A stretch of DNA of 64,000 nucleotides from a virus. Under the pieces are notes generated by a model. The model made no database searches. It saw only the letters and a list, made by a program, of their open reading frames with translations, and had not been told where the DNA came from. The stretch covers positions 29,001 through 93,000 of the IMG/VR virus record IMGVR_UViG_3300043607_000039. One strand, written 5' to 3'. Positions within the stretch are counted from its first letter, which is position 1. Every line of letters starts with the position of its first letter. Both the position numbers and the translations under genes were made by a program. This document shows positions 35,410-45,740 of the stretch, one piece after another.

Positions 35410-36096
35410 ATGTCATTCGACGACGATGACGACTGGGGGCGCCCAGTTGAAGGTGGCGAGTTCGCTCGCCCGGAGAACTTAAACGGCCACTTACTGATCG
35501 TGTTTCCGCTGGGTTATGTCGCACACATCCAGACCAAGTTCACGGTCCCTGGAAAGAAGTCCGATGCGGTCTGCTGTGACATCATCGACCTTGACGACAA
35601 GGACGAATCCGGCCAGCCCGGCAAGGTGTACCGGAATTCGAACCTGATGCAGGGCCAGCTCATCGCGACGCTGCGTCCCTGGATCGGCAAGAAGGTCCTG
35701 GGCCGCATGGGCAAGGGCGTCAGCAAGAACGGCATGAACGCGCCCTGGGTCATTACCGACATGCTTGATGACGCGTCCTGTGTTGAGCGCGCCAGGGCCT
35801 GGAGCACGGCACACCCGAACTTCCGCAAGAGCCCGTTCGTTGATCGCCAGGAGGAGGTTGCTGCCCACGCTGCCGCCGTGTCAGCTCTTCCCGACGACCT
35901 GCGGCAGTATGCACAGCAGCCGCCACAGCAGGCGGCCCCTCAGTACGGATCCTCTTATGCAGCACCGGCCCAGCAACAGCAGCAGGCAGCCCCGGTTGCT
36001 GGCTCGGTAGTGCTGTCAGCCGAAGAGCAGAGCGTGTTGGCTCGCCTGCGCCAGCGCCAGGCAGCCGCTGCACAGCAGGAAGAGCCACCGTTCTAG
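35410..36096 (+). CDS. Probable ssDNA-binding protein
   Basis: Beta-rich core, Q/A/P-rich tail ending EEPPF; upstream of primase. Confidence 0.5.
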   Translation: MSFDDDDDWGRPVEGGEFARPENLNGHLLIVFPLGYVAHIQTKFTVPGKKSDAVCCDIIDLDDKDESGQPGKVYRNSNLMQGQLIATLRPWIGKKVLGRMGKGVSKNGMNAPWVITDMLDDASCVERARAWSTAHPNFRKSPFVDRQEEVAAHAAAVSALPDDLRQYAQQPPQQAAPQYGSSYAAPAQQQQQAAPVAGSVVLSAEEQSVLARLRQRQAAAAQQEEPPF

Positions 36097-36317
36097 ATCG
36101 CTGAGGGTGCTGACGGCAGGGCCCCGCGTGACCGAGCAACGGTGGCGCGGGGCCCTGTCGTCTCCTGGAGAGAGTCTCCGCAAAATGTACCCCAGATGAC
36201 CTCTGGCGTGCCCTCGTTGACCAGGTCTACAGTCGTGTCACCGCCCAGATGGAAGGGGCCCTTCTCCGTGTGGAAGAAGGACCCCTCGGCAACTTTTACC
36301 CAACCCGAGGAGCAACA

Positions 36318-38801
36318 ATGCCAGACGGCACGGTGTCGGGGCAAGGAGCGCTGGCAGAAAACATTGCGCTCCCCTGGTTTGAGGCCGGCTGTAGCGTCGT
36401 GCCCATCCAGGCGAACGGCACTAAGAGGCCGACTCGGGATTGGTCGGTGCTGCAAGAAACTCCCATGACTCGGGCCGACGTAGACTGGTACTGGCGCCCT
36501 GGTGAGTCGTCCGGAGTAGCGCTTATCTGTGGCAACGTTTCGGGCAACCTTGAACTGACAGAACTAGAAAGCGACGCTAGTTCAGAAGAGGCCCTAGCAA
36601 AGGTCGCACATGAATGCGAGCAGCGCGGCGTTCTATCGCTCTGGGACTCACTTCTTCACGAGGGCTACGCCGAGGACACTCCGTCCGGCGGCATTCACCT
36701 GATCTATCGGGTGGGCGACCACGACATCCCTGGCAACACGAAGCTTGCCTCCACTCCTACCGGCAAGACTCTGGCTGAGACCCGCGGTGAGGGTGGCTAC
36801 GTGATTGTGGCCCCGACCAACGGTGCCTGTCACGCCTCGGGCAAGCCCTGGGAGACGGTCGGTGGTCGCCAGGGCGTGATCCCGGTGATCAGCTGGTTAC
36901 AGCGGACGACCATTCACGAGGCGATCACCGCCGCCCTGGACGAGAGCCCGCCGCCACCTCCCATTACCGCCCGCCGTGAGATCGCGGTCCGGACCAATGA
37001 CGACGAGCTGCGTCCTGGTGACGACTTCGATCTCCGAGCGTCATGGCACGACTCCTGGTTCACTAACACGGGCTGGACGGTGAGCCACCAAGCCGGCGGC
37101 GAGATCTTCTGGGTACGTCCCGGTAAGGAAGCACGAGACGGTCACTCCGCCTCGACTGGATACAACGGGCAGGCCGACCGGCTCTACATCTGGTCCACGT
37201 CAACCGGCCTGCCGTCCGAGCAGCCGTTGACCAAGTTCTTCGTTTACGCCCACTACCACCACAACAGCGACCTTTCGGCCGCCGCCGCCGCCCTGCGTCG
37301 ACAGGGATACGGAGGGGGTGGCAACGCTGTCTCCACACTGTCCCCGTTACGCGAACTCGTCCTCGACTCCGACCACGGCATCGACGGAGAGGTATCGTTA
37401 CCCGAACATGGGGGTTCAGACCTCACCGACACGGGTAATGGACGACGGATGAAGGAACTCTTCGGCAACCAGTTCCGGTTCAGTACCAAGGAAAAGAAGT
37501 GGTACCTGTGGACCGGCAGTGCCTGGGAGGTGGACGACCTCCAGGCGATTCAGCGTGCGGCCGAGTACGCGGCCGAACTGGTTCTGAAGCTGGCGCAGAA
37601 TGAGTTGAACGCCAGCCTGGGCACGGACTTCGAGAAGGATGCTCGCAAGAAGGTCGCCACCGCGACGGCCGGCAAGAACCACGGCAAGCTCCTGGCCGCC
37701 ATCGCCCGGTTCTCGGCCCAGGACGGTATCTCGATCAAGGCCGAGGACTTCGACCGCGATCCCGAGCTACTGAACCTTCCCAACGGGACACTCAACCTGC
37801 ACACGCATGAGCTGCTGCCCCACGACCAGGGCGACCTGATCACGTTGACGTTCGGCGCCGAGCTGGACAAGGACGCGGAGTGCCCGTTGTTCGAGGCATT
37901 CATGGCTGACTCTATTCCGGACCTGTCGGTCCGGGAGTACGTCCAACGCTGCCTGGGCTACAGCATGTTGGGTAAGCCGGTGGAGCGCACCATGTTCCTT
38001 CTTCACGGCCCATCAGGCACCGGCAAGTCGGTCCTGACCAACGTGATGACGGGCGTGTTCGGTGGCTACGGAACCACGGCCCCGGCCAGCACGTTCCGGC
38101 TCAAGAGCAATGAATCCTCGATCGACTTGCACAAGCTGCGTGGGCGACGGTTCGTGGCCACCTCCGAGATGCCCGAAGGCGCACAGCTGGACGAGGAGCT
38201 GGTCAAGCGGATCACCGGTGGCGACATGATGACCTCGCGCAGCCTCTATGAGGAGTTCCAGGACTGGCGGGCCCAGTGCGTGGTCTGGATCGCGACCAAC
38301 TTCCTACCGAAGGTCAACAGCGACGACAACGCCATCTGGCGTCGGGCCAAGACGATCCGCATGGACACCGAGTACGGCTCCGACGGGCGACCCGAGACGA
38401 AGGGCTACGCCGACGTCCTCCTACTGGAGCGCAGCGGCATCCTGAACTGGCTGCTGGCTGGCCTCACCGCTTACCAGCAACGTGGCCTGGACGAGCCGTC
38501 CGCGGTCACCCAGGACATCCAGAACTACCGGATCGAGGTCGACACGGTTGCCTCATTCATTCGGGACCTGACCGACGACGGCCACCTGATCAATGACACC
38601 GAGGGTGAGATCAAGTTCTCCGACCTGTTCCGGATGTACAGCGAGTACAGCGCGGCCAACAACATCCGGCTGTTGGGTTCACGCCGGTTCGCCAACCGGC
38701 TCAAGGCGTTGGGCTTCAGTACCACGAAGCTGGGGGGCCAGGCCGTCTGGCGGGGCCTGAGCCGTAACCTCGAACACGGAGTACTGGGGACGATCTTCTG
38801 A
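36318..38801 (+). CDS. Bifunctional primase-polymerase / SF3 (D5/P4) helicase
   Basis: TPSGGIHL, ETRGEGGYVIVAP, GPSGTGKS, VKRITGGD, AIWRR. Confidence 0.92.
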   Translation: MPDGTVSGQGALAENIALPWFEAGCSVVPIQANGTKRPTRDWSVLQETPMTRADVDWYWRPGESSGVALICGNVSGNLELTELESDASSEEALAKVAHECEQRGVLSLWDSLLHEGYAEDTPSGGIHLIYRVGDHDIPGNTKLASTPTGKTLAETRGEGGYVIVAPTNGACHASGKPWETVGGRQGVIPVISWLQRTTIHEAITAALDESPPPPPITARREIAVRTNDDELRPGDDFDLRASWHDSWFTNTGWTVSHQAGGEIFWVRPGKEARDGHSASTGYNGQADRLYIWSTSTGLPSEQPLTKFFVYAHYHHNSDLSAAAAALRRQGYGGGGNAVSTLSPLRELVLDSDHGIDGEVSLPEHGGSDLTDTGNGRRMKELFGNQFRFSTKEKKWYLWTGSAWEVDDLQAIQRAAEYAAELVLKLAQNELNASLGTDFEKDARKKVATATAGKNHGKLLAAIARFSAQDGISIKAEDFDRDPELLNLPNGTLNLHTHELLPHDQGDLITLTFGAELDKDAECPLFEAFMADSIPDLSVREYVQRCLGYSMLGKPVERTMFLLHGPSGTGKSVLTNVMTGVFGGYGTTAPASTFRLKSNESSIDLHKLRGRRFVATSEMPEGAQLDEELVKRITGGDMMTSRSLYEEFQDWRAQCVVWIATNFLPKVNSDDNAIWRRAKTIRMDTEYGSDGRPETKGYADVLLLERSGILNWLLAGLTAYQQRGLDEPSAVTQDIQNYRIEVDTVASFIRDLTDDGHLINDTEGEIKFSDLFRMYSEYSAANNIRLLGSRRFANRLKALGFSTTKLGGQAVWRGLSRNLEHGVLGTIF

Positions 38802-39031
38802 TGGCAGTCGGAGACACGTACCGTTACGCCAACGGGAACAGTTATGTTCAGACCGACTCCGGGCCCATGGTTATGTTCACCTGCGATGACTGCGGACGGC
38901 CGGCTGCCGCGAGCCTGGACTACGTGGGGCGGGTCCGGTGCTCGGCCTGCTGGCCCATCTTCCACGGCCTGGTCAAGATCAAGAAAACTGACCCGGATAT
39001 ACCCGTTGCGCTCCCGGGAGCCAGTCGCTAA
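38801..39031 (+). CDS. Small Zn-finger protein
   Basis: CDDC..CSAC; coupled to primase. Confidence 0.5.
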   Translation: MAVGDTYRYANGNSYVQTDSGPMVMFTCDDCGRPAAASLDYVGRVRCSACWPIFHGLVKIKKTDPDIPVALPGASR

Positions 39032-39045
39032 AGTCTCCCTTGCAA

Positions 39046-39126
39046 GTCAGGTGCGAAGTCGCCGTCCCGTTCTTCACTCACATTTGGCGAAAAAAAGCCG
39101 GGACACAGACACCTTTGATCTCTGAC
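39046..39126 (+). ncRNA. Y RNA (short)
   Basis: GTCAGGTGCGA...TTGATCTCTGAC terminal Ro-binding helix; pyrimidine-rich TTCTTCAC. Confidence 0.75.
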
Positions 39127-39150
39127 GAGCACACAACTACAGACTTTGCA

Positions 39151-39228
39151 CCTTCCCGGTGCGCCAGGACCCGGCTACTTCTTCTTCCAAAAGGCAAATG
39201 CCGAGTCCGTCTATTGATCTCGGGAGGG
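39151..39228 (+). ncRNA. Y RNA (short)
   Basis: CCCGGTGCG...TTGATCTCGGG; CTTCTTC tract. Confidence 0.75.
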
Positions 39229-39240
39229 CTATAACTACAC

Positions 39241-39383
39241 ATGGTGCCTGGTGCGATGGTGTGGAATCCTTCACCTGTTAAGTGAGAGGCACGGGTGCAA
39301 GTCCCGTTGCCGCAGGAAACTGCGGTATAGCTCAGTAGTAGAGCGCTAACGATCGCCACGCCGACCTTGATCTCAGGCCCCAT
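39241..39383 (+). ncRNA. yrlA: YrlA-like Y RNA with permuted tRNA-like domain
   Basis: CCTGGTGCGA...TTGATCTCAGG; T arm (ACGGGTGCAAGTCCCGT), closed acceptor, D arm (TAGCTCAGTAGTAGAGC). Confidence 0.85.
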
Positions 39384-39432
39384 CATGTGACGTTGCAGCT
39401 CCTCCCCGTTCCCTGGAGAGGAGTTGTTTTTC

Positions 39433-41058
39433 ATGAGCAAGTTCAATCGAGCAGCAAGCAACGCGGCAGCGCGGCCCGAGGTCGATGAGGCCACCAACGT
39501 GGTCGTGACGGCGGTCGGCACGGCGAAGAGCCCGATCAAGACCCGCAAGACGGTCACGGGTGTCACGGGCCAGGGAGCCCCAGGCTACGAGCACGGCGAC
39601 AAGTCGGCGCTCTTCCTCCTCGCGGTCACCAACATGGTCAGCGAGGACACCTTCTACGAGAAGGCCGGCGACCGGGACGAGCGGTTCGAGAACCTGGTCA
39701 CTCGGGTCGCGATCAAGGACCCGGAGTGGATCATCGGCTTCTTCGGCTGGCTCCGGAGCGAGGCCAACATGCGCTCGGCATCCCTCGTGGGTGCGCTGGT
39801 GGCCGCCCAGGCGATGGTCATGGTCGGTGTGCCTGGTGCTCGTCAGATGGTGACATCGGTGCTCCAGCGGGCCGACGAGCCGGGCGAGGCCCTGGCCTAC
39901 TGGATCAAGATGTTCGGCCGCAACATCCCGAAGCCGGTGAAGCGTGGCATCGCCGACGCAGCCACCCGGCTGTACAACGAGTACACGACCCTGAAGTACG
40001 ACACCGCGAGCCACGCGGTCCGCTTCGGTGACGTGCTCGACCTGACCCACCCGAAGGCCACCGCCCAGTGGCAGGCCAACCTGTACCGCTACGTGCTGGC
40101 CATGCGCCACAACCGGGACGAGATCCCGGAGGTCGGCCCTGGCCTGCCGATGATCCTCGCCAACCACGCCCTGCGTTCGGCTGGCGCGGAGCTACCGGAG
40201 CTGTTGCTCAACTCGGAGCACCTGCGCCGGGCCGGCATGACGTGGGAGGACGCACTGTCCCTGGTCGGCTCCAAGGTCGACAAGGGCAAGCTGTGGGAGG
40301 CCATGATCCCGAGCATGGGCTACATGGCGCTGTTGCGGAACCTGCGCAACTTCGACAAGGCCAACGTCTCGGACGAGGTTGCCCAGCAGGTGATCGAGCG
40401 GCTCTCGGACCCGGCCCAGGTGGCTCGGTCCCGGCAGTTCCCGTTCCGGTTCCTGGCCGCCTACCGGGCGACCGCCGGCACGTCAGTGCGCTGGGCGGCT
40501 GCCCTGGAGAAGGCCCTGTCGGCTTCGGTCAGCAACATCCCGGAGCTGCCAGGTCGGACCCTGGTCCTGGTCGACCGGTCGGGCTCGATGTTCATGCCCA
40601 TGAGCGGTCGCACGGAGCTGGACCGTTCGGACGCAGCTGCGGTATTCGGTGGGGCCGTCGCCCTGCGCAACGCTGGCCGGGTGACGCTGGTCCAGTTCGA
40701 CGACAGCTCGCGGGAGATCCCGGTACCCACCGGCCGCGGGTCACTGCTCAAGCTCGTGGAGAAGTTCACGGGCGGAGGCGGAACGAGTACGGCCGCCGCG
40801 GTGCGTAAGCACTTCAACGGCCACGACCGGGTCATCATCGTCACCGACGAACAGTCCAACGGTGGCGACCCCAGTGGGGTTATCCCGAAGAACGTGCCGC
40901 TGTACACCTGGAACTTGGCCGGCTACCAGTTCACTGGTACGTCGGGTGGGAGCAAGCGGCACACGTTCGGCGGCCTGACCGACAGCGCCTTCAAGCTGAT
41001 CCCGATGCTAGAGGCCGGTGTCGACCAGGGCTGGCCATGGGAGGTTGACGCCGGCTAA
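39433..41058 (+). CDS. rsr: Ro60/TROVE-vWA RNA-binding protein
   Basis: MSKFN, EDTFYE, RADEP, MGYMALLRNLRN, SRQFPFRF, VDRSGSM, TDEQ. Confidence 0.92.
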   Translation: MSKFNRAASNAAARPEVDEATNVVVTAVGTAKSPIKTRKTVTGVTGQGAPGYEHGDKSALFLLAVTNMVSEDTFYEKAGDRDERFENLVTRVAIKDPEWIIGFFGWLRSEANMRSASLVGALVAAQAMVMVGVPGARQMVTSVLQRADEPGEALAYWIKMFGRNIPKPVKRGIADAATRLYNEYTTLKYDTASHAVRFGDVLDLTHPKATAQWQANLYRYVLAMRHNRDEIPEVGPGLPMILANHALRSAGAELPELLLNSEHLRRAGMTWEDALSLVGSKVDKGKLWEAMIPSMGYMALLRNLRNFDKANVSDEVAQQVIERLSDPAQVARSRQFPFRFLAAYRATAGTSVRWAAALEKALSASVSNIPELPGRTLVLVDRSGSMFMPMSGRTELDRSDAAAVFGGAVALRNAGRVTLVQFDDSSREIPVPTGRGSLLKLVEKFTGGGGTSTAAAVRKHFNGHDRVIIVTDEQSNGGDPSGVIPKNVPLYTWNLAGYQFTGTSGGSKRHTFGGLTDSAFKLIPMLEAGVDQGWPWEVDAG

Positions 41059-41097
41059 GCTGGCCCGGTCACGTAGGAGTTTGCACGCCCACAAGGA

Positions 41098-41132
41098 GAA
41101 GCCCCACTCACGGAGATGGTGAGTGGGGCTTC
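41098..41132. terminator. Bidirectional terminator at strand switch
   Basis: GAAGCCCCACTCAC/GTGAGTGGGGCTTC. Confidence 0.8.
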
Positions 41133-41151
41133 TTCGATGTCCTCATCGTCT

Positions 41152-41514
41152 TCAGGCACTCAGGCTCGCCTCATCTACCTCGGTCCAACGTCCCTGTCGA
41201 CGGACCTCGATCTTTACGTCCTGGGGCTCAACGTCGTACCTGGTCGTCTCGGCCTCGATCGCGGCCTCCTGGCCCAGGGTCCTGCGCAACCACACCTGGA
41301 ACTTGGGGTCCTCGGTCAGACGCTTCCAGGCGCGCTTCTTGTTGGCTAGCTGGGACCGCTCTTCACGGCATTCACCGCGGCCACCTGAGGCTCGATGAAT
41401 GATTCGGACTCCGGTCTGGCTGCGGTTCTGATGTTGGCCGCCCGGCCCTCCGCTGGTGAAAGTTTGTAAATCGCAGTCCGCCATCGTGACGGACAAGACC
41501 CTGGTCCTAGACAT
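41152..41514 (-). CDS. GGQ peptide-chain-release-factor-like protein (RF-1 domain only)
   Basis: SGGPGGQHQNRSQTGVRIIH..ERSQLANKKRA. Confidence 0.88.
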   Translation of the reverse strand: MSRTRVLSVTMADCDLQTFTSGGPGGQHQNRSQTGVRIIHRASGGRGECREERSQLANKKRAWKRLTEDPKFQVWLRRTLGQEAAIEAETTRYDVEPQDVKIEVRRQGRWTEVDEASLSA

Positions 41515-42072
41515 GTTTCCAAAATCTCCCATTGACGATGTCGCGAATCTGCTCTCGGGAGACACCAAACTTGACCCCAAGGGCCGACAAAGTAACCAGG
41601 ATGCCCGTCAACGGGCTGCACCCTGCACCCACCAAAAGTCAGCTTGCCTCAACGCAATGGCGTGCTTCTTCCACGCCGTGAGTTCGGACTGGCTCAACCG
41701 GAGCACGTCCTTGGACTTCCAACTTGCGAAGAAGTCCAGCAGCTCTTGTCTGATCTGGTCGTCTGGGTAGTCAGCCAGCTCGATCACGGTTCACAGCCAC
41801 AAGTCAATGTGTGTCGCTCACCGTGCTCACCGTCCACACCAAGGGGCCGGTGCCGGTCACACTGATCAATGAGCCTTTGCAGGCGCTCCACATGCTCACG
41901 AGCGCGACTGTCCCCTGAGAGCCCTACATGGGTCTGGGCCACGCACAGGGTTTCGCGGAGCATCTTTGGGCCATCGCCCGCAATGTCTAACAAGACTCGG
42001 TTCATTGGGCCAACAACTCCAGTGTCTCGGCCGCCAGCTCTCGCTTCAGTGCTCGCCGTACCTGGCGTGGAC

Positions 42073-42315
42073 TCAGGTATCGCTCTGGGCAGTCTGGTCC
42101 GGGAGGTCCGTTGCAATAGGGACACCAGGGTCCACTGACTCTGCCTGGCATTCTTGCCATGACTTCGGCTCCTTCTTCGGAAGCCTCTTCAGCACGTCTC
42201 GAACCGTTTCACGAGACAGACCCACACGCCGGCCGATTTCAGCCTTCGATAGGTCGGGGTTTGTGCTCAAGGTGAGGATGGCGTCGAGCTGTTCATCGTT
42301 GAGTTTGGTGCTCAT
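42073..42315 (-). CDS. Small HTH protein
   Basis: LSKAEIGRRVGLSRETVRDVL. Confidence 0.55.
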   Translation of the reverse strand: MSTKLNDEQLDAILTLSTNPDLSKAEIGRRVGLSRETVRDVLKRLPKKEPKSWQECQAESVDPGVPIATDLPDQTAQSDT

Positions 42316-42340
42316 CGGTTGCGAGATTCGCTTTCGCTCG

Positions 42341-42643
42341 TCAACTGGGAATGCCAGCTTTCCCGTGCTCAGTCGGCCATTCACCAGTGGCTTTGTGATG
42401 GAGATTTGCGCAGAGTCCCTTGGGATTCTTCGGGAAGTACTTCCGGAGCAGGGCTACACAACGACGGAATGATCCGTCGGTCCCCCAGCCAATTTTGGCT
42501 GCCCCCGCCCCGTGGGTCCAGTAGGCCATGAGCCGACGGGTCGCCTCCGGGTTCTTGATCTCTCCTGGGGACACGAACTCGTCACAGTCGAGGCAGCCGG
42601 CGCCTTGGCGCCTGGCTAAGTCAACGGATAGCTTCCCGGCCAT
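42341..42643 (-). CDS. Conserved actinophage protein
   Basis: YWTHGAGAAKIGWG..F.RC..GLCANLH..ATG.WP. Confidence 0.6.
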   Translation of the reverse strand: MAGKLSVDLARRQGAGCLDCDEFVSPGEIKNPEATRRLMAYWTHGAGAAKIGWGTDGSFRRCVALLRKYFPKNPKGLCANLHHKATGEWPTEHGKAGIPS

Positions 42644-42682
42644 ATCGACACGATACAGCGGTGACGCCGCCGGTGGGAGGCT

Positions 42683-43390
42683 TCACTCGCAGAAGCGGTC
42701 GACGTACACGTAGGCCTCGCTCGGAGCCCACCCGTCGGGCGCCTCGGCCTGGATCAGGTACAGCCCCGGCCGTTCGTAGGTGTGCTTACGGAGCTTGTCC
42801 TCGGTGCCGTCGCCCCACTTGATGAGCACGTTGTCTGGGTCGTCCACCAGGAGGATGTCCACCGTGAATCCATCGCCACCGAACTCGATGTCCTCCAAGG
42901 TGGGCTGGAGGTCGGGTTCGGTCACGCTGGTCACCTCGCCACTGCCTGCCTGCCAGGTCTTGTTCTGACCGCTGACGAACTGCTCCAGGATGTCTGGGCC
43001 GTCCTCAATGAACCGCAGCGGTCCCTTGCCGGCCATGATGGACTCCGGGATCAGGAAGGCGATGTTCGGGCCCAGAGTCGTGGTGCGGACCTGGTCTCCG
43101 TCGAGACCGGCCCAGTCCATGAGTCGGGCCGCCACGTGCGGGGCCTGCTTCACGTACGCCACGTCGATCCTCAACTGACCGCAACCCATGTCCTCTTCTT
43201 CCCCTGGTTCGGGTTCAGCCAAACGATGTCGACCCGGGGGAACGGGCAGGGGAGTCGGCGCCACCACGGTCTTCTCTGAAGTACTGAGCCAGAAGTTCTT
43301 CGCCCAGGCGTACCCAACCGCGAAGAACAGCGCGCAGAGCAGGCCGTAGGCCCACAGCGGGATCGTGATGATAATGGACAGGAACTTCAT
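42683..43390 (-). CDS. Membrane-anchored protein with PKD-like C-terminus
   Basis: N-terminal TM; IKWGDGT..HTYERPG.Y. Confidence 0.6.
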   Translation of the reverse strand: MKFLSIIITIPLWAYGLLCALFFAVGYAWAKNFWLSTSEKTVVAPTPLPVPPGRHRLAEPEPGEEEDMGCGQLRIDVAYVKQAPHVAARLMDWAGLDGDQVRTTTLGPNIAFLIPESIMAGKGPLRFIEDGPDILEQFVSGQNKTWQAGSGEVTSVTEPDLQPTLEDIEFGGDGFTVDILLVDDPDNVLIKWGDGTEDKLRKHTYERPGLYLIQAEAPDGWAPSEAYVYVDRFCE

Positions 43391-43728
43391 TTACTCTCCT
43401 CTTCCTCCCGAAGGAACTGGAGGGTTTCCAGTCGGTCATCGATACAGTGACCGCAGTAACAGGTCCAGTGGGCCCAGACTACGAAGCCGACCAGGGGCAC
43501 GTGGACCACGAGCGTGTGTCGGCCGAACTCGTCCCCGCCGTGGAGCCACTGCGGAACCACCCACCCCCACCAGAGGGGAGTCCATCGCGTGTACCCGTAT
43601 CGCCAGAAACGTCGTTGTTTCATGGAAACCCCATTTTGAAAAATTCTGCGGAGGTACTTTTCAAAGGTTATATCGATGATCTCAAGTGGTTCGATATCTC
43701 TCTGGATAGAGAGCCGGGCCCACACCAC
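43387..43728 (-). CDS. Hypothetical protein
   Basis: GGDEFGRHT motif; start uncertain. Confidence 0.5.
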   Translation of the reverse strand: MVWARLSIQRDIEPLEIIDITFEKYLRRIFQNGVSMKQRRFWRYGYTRWTPLWWGWVVPQWLHGGDEFGRHTLVVHVPLVGFVVWAHWTCYCGHCIDDRLETLQFLREEEESK

Positions 43729-44515
43729 GCTCCCGGGTGTTCACGACGTCGGTGTCGAATACGGACCAGGACCGGTCCTTCTTACCCGCGTTGCCATCAC
43801 AGTCCAGACCCACGACCGTGGTGATGTGCATATCCCGGGTAATGCCGTGATGGCTGTGCCACATCTGGTAGACGTAGGGATAGTGCAGGTGGCCGTGGAT
43901 GAAGTACTTCGGATCCAGGGTCTCCACTGCCCGTTGGAGCCGATCCTGGTTGGGTAGGCAGAAGTCGTAATCCTTGCGGTTCCACCCGGGCTCGGAACCA
44001 CGTGGCTTGTCGTGGGCGAGGATTACGTCGACCAGTGACGTGTCCTGGAGGATCTGCTTCATGTCCTCGTCGGACATCTCCTCCTCCGGGAACCATTCCG
44101 ATTGATGCCGGCCGCTACGGACTTCCCGCTCCAGCCGTTCCTTCTTGTCAACGCTGCGAGCGCCTCCAAGCGCAATGAACCGGCAGTCGTCCCAGGTCCA
44201 CCGGTGTCCGCGGCGGGCGTAACGCACCTGGGGTCGCACCAGGAGAAAGCCCTCGGGATCGGTGTACTCGGGGGTGTCGTACTTCTCCAGAAGTAAAGAC
44301 GTCTTGTCGTGGTTGCCGTCAAGAAAGTAGACGGTGATTTCTCTTGCCGCGTCGCTGACGGTGTCCATGAACTCGATGCCGAACAGGGTGTGTTCCCAGT
44401 AGCCGAAGTCGCCCACGACGAAGACGCGGTCACAGCCCATTATCCTGGCCCTGCGGATCAGGTACAGGACATGGCGGGTGTTGCCGTGGGTATCACCAGC
44501 CAAAAGAACCTTCAT
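43682..44515 (-). CDS. Calcineurin-like metallophosphoesterase
   Basis: GDTHG, GDFG, DGNHD, GGA.SVD, HGHLH. Confidence 0.9.
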   Translation of the reverse strand: MKVLLAGDTHGNTRHVLYLIRRARIMGCDRVFVVGDFGYWEHTLFGIEFMDTVSDAAREITVYFLDGNHDKTSLLLEKYDTPEYTDPEGFLLVRPQVRYARRGHRWTWDDCRFIALGGARSVDKKERLEREVRSGRHQSEWFPEEEMSDEDMKQILQDTSLVDVILAHDKPRGSEPGWNRKDYDFCLPNQDRLQRAVETLDPKYFIHGHLHYPYVYQMWHSHHGITRDMHITTVVGLDCDGNAGKKDRSWSVFDTDVVNTRERGVGPALYPERYRTT

Positions 44516-45263
44516 CGAATTCACATCCTGGAGTGGTGAGCGCCTGGCGATAGAGTTCTTGCCACTGATCATTTGATCCTATGTAAAGCCTTTCGATGTC
44601 GGTTCGAGTGACGTCCTTCCGGGTTACGCGGACCTTTCCGTGGAAACAGATGATCGACATTCCATCCATGTAGTTGGTGATGATCAGACTTCTTCCGTCT
44701 GTCGGAAGATTGCGAAGTAGCAGGATCGGTGGCAGCGGTGGCGGCAGTGTGATCAGGTTCGAGATGTCATGCGGAGGGAACTCTCTCAGCAACTCTTCAC
44801 GACTCCCGAACAATGGCACCCCGTAATACTCCTCGACCCCTTTGTGAGTGTGGCCGGCAAAGCCCAGACCCAGACCCAGACCCGTCCATTTCCCAATGCA
44901 CAAAGCCTCAACTGTTGCGTATTGGGCCCGGAAGCCGACCTCCCCGAGAATGATTCGACCCTCGGCCTTGATGGAGCCTTCCAAGGCGCCGGCGTAGTTG
45001 GCAGGGAAGCCCTGGTGTGTCGCATAGAAGCCGCACGAGCAATCACGAAGAGGAACCTGCGGCCGTTCATCGGAGACGGTAAGAGTTTGCCGGGAATGAT
45101 GGACACCGCCGATGCACTGCGCTTGATTGCGTCCAGAATGCCAGTCGAACATCCGCACCTTGCCGCGGAGCACAGGTGGGCGCCAGTCCCAAGCTCGGTA
45201 ACCGCGCAAGAACCCTGGGATTAACTCATGCTCCTGCTTGCTGTAGGCGTCGTCGTGGCTCAT
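44493..45263 (-). CDS. Conserved phage hypothetical protein
   Basis: GYRAW..CSCGFYA..GFRAQYA. Confidence 0.65.
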   Translation of the reverse strand: MSHDDAYSKQEHELIPGFLRGYRAWDWRPPVLRGKVRMFDWHSGRNQAQCIGGVHHSRQTLTVSDERPQVPLRDCSCGFYATHQGFPANYAGALEGSIKAEGRIILGEVGFRAQYATVEALCIGKWTGLGLGLGFAGHTHKGVEEYYGVPLFGSREELLREFPPHDISNLITLPPPLPPILLLRNLPTDGRSLIITNYMDGMSIICFHGKVRVTRKDVTRTDIERLYIGSNDQWQELYRQALTTPGCEFDEGSFGW

Positions 45264-45449
45264 TTACCCTCTCCAGGTCAATCCGGAGGGTCCCCGTTAA
45301 CAAGGACCCTCCGTGGGAATCGGATCAAACGCCGACCGGCTCCTCTTGAGGAACCGGCTCCACGGCCGGCGCCGTCGGCTCGACCGGTACACCGACGCCC
45401 GGCTCAATGGGCTCGAATTCGACTTCCCTGACTTCCTTACCGATGTCCA

Positions 45450-45740
45450 TTACTCCTCTTTTCCTTTCGTGAGTTGCCGCCAGAAGTCGACAGCCTGATG
45501 AGGGGTTAATGACTCCATGACTGAGACCCTGATGGTTCGGATCTCGTCATCCCGGTTGACTGTCTCGATCTGCTCCTCGGTCAGGTGAACCAGGTTGAGG
45601 TCCTCGTCGTAGGCGCTGACCGAGGCGCACACCCAACAGATGCTGAAGTCACCCGGGGTCGGGAACAGTCCGTCTTTGTTGGAAACAAGCGCATGTTCTT
45701 CGAAGCAGTACGGGCAGGTCGCCAATAACTCATGGGTCAT
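45450..45740 (-). CDS. Hypothetical Zn-binding protein
   Basis: CPYC..PGDFSICWVC. Confidence 0.6.
   Translation of the reverse strand: MTHELLATCPYCFEEHALVSNKDGLFPTPGDFSICWVCASVSAYDEDLNLVHLTEEQIETVNRDDEIRTIRVSVMESLTPHQAVDFWRQLTKGKEE

Noticed and set aside
39040-39234. 64-aa ORF as leader peptide of the TROVE gene
   Set aside because: Overlaps the Y RNA repeats, has no RBS and a TTG start
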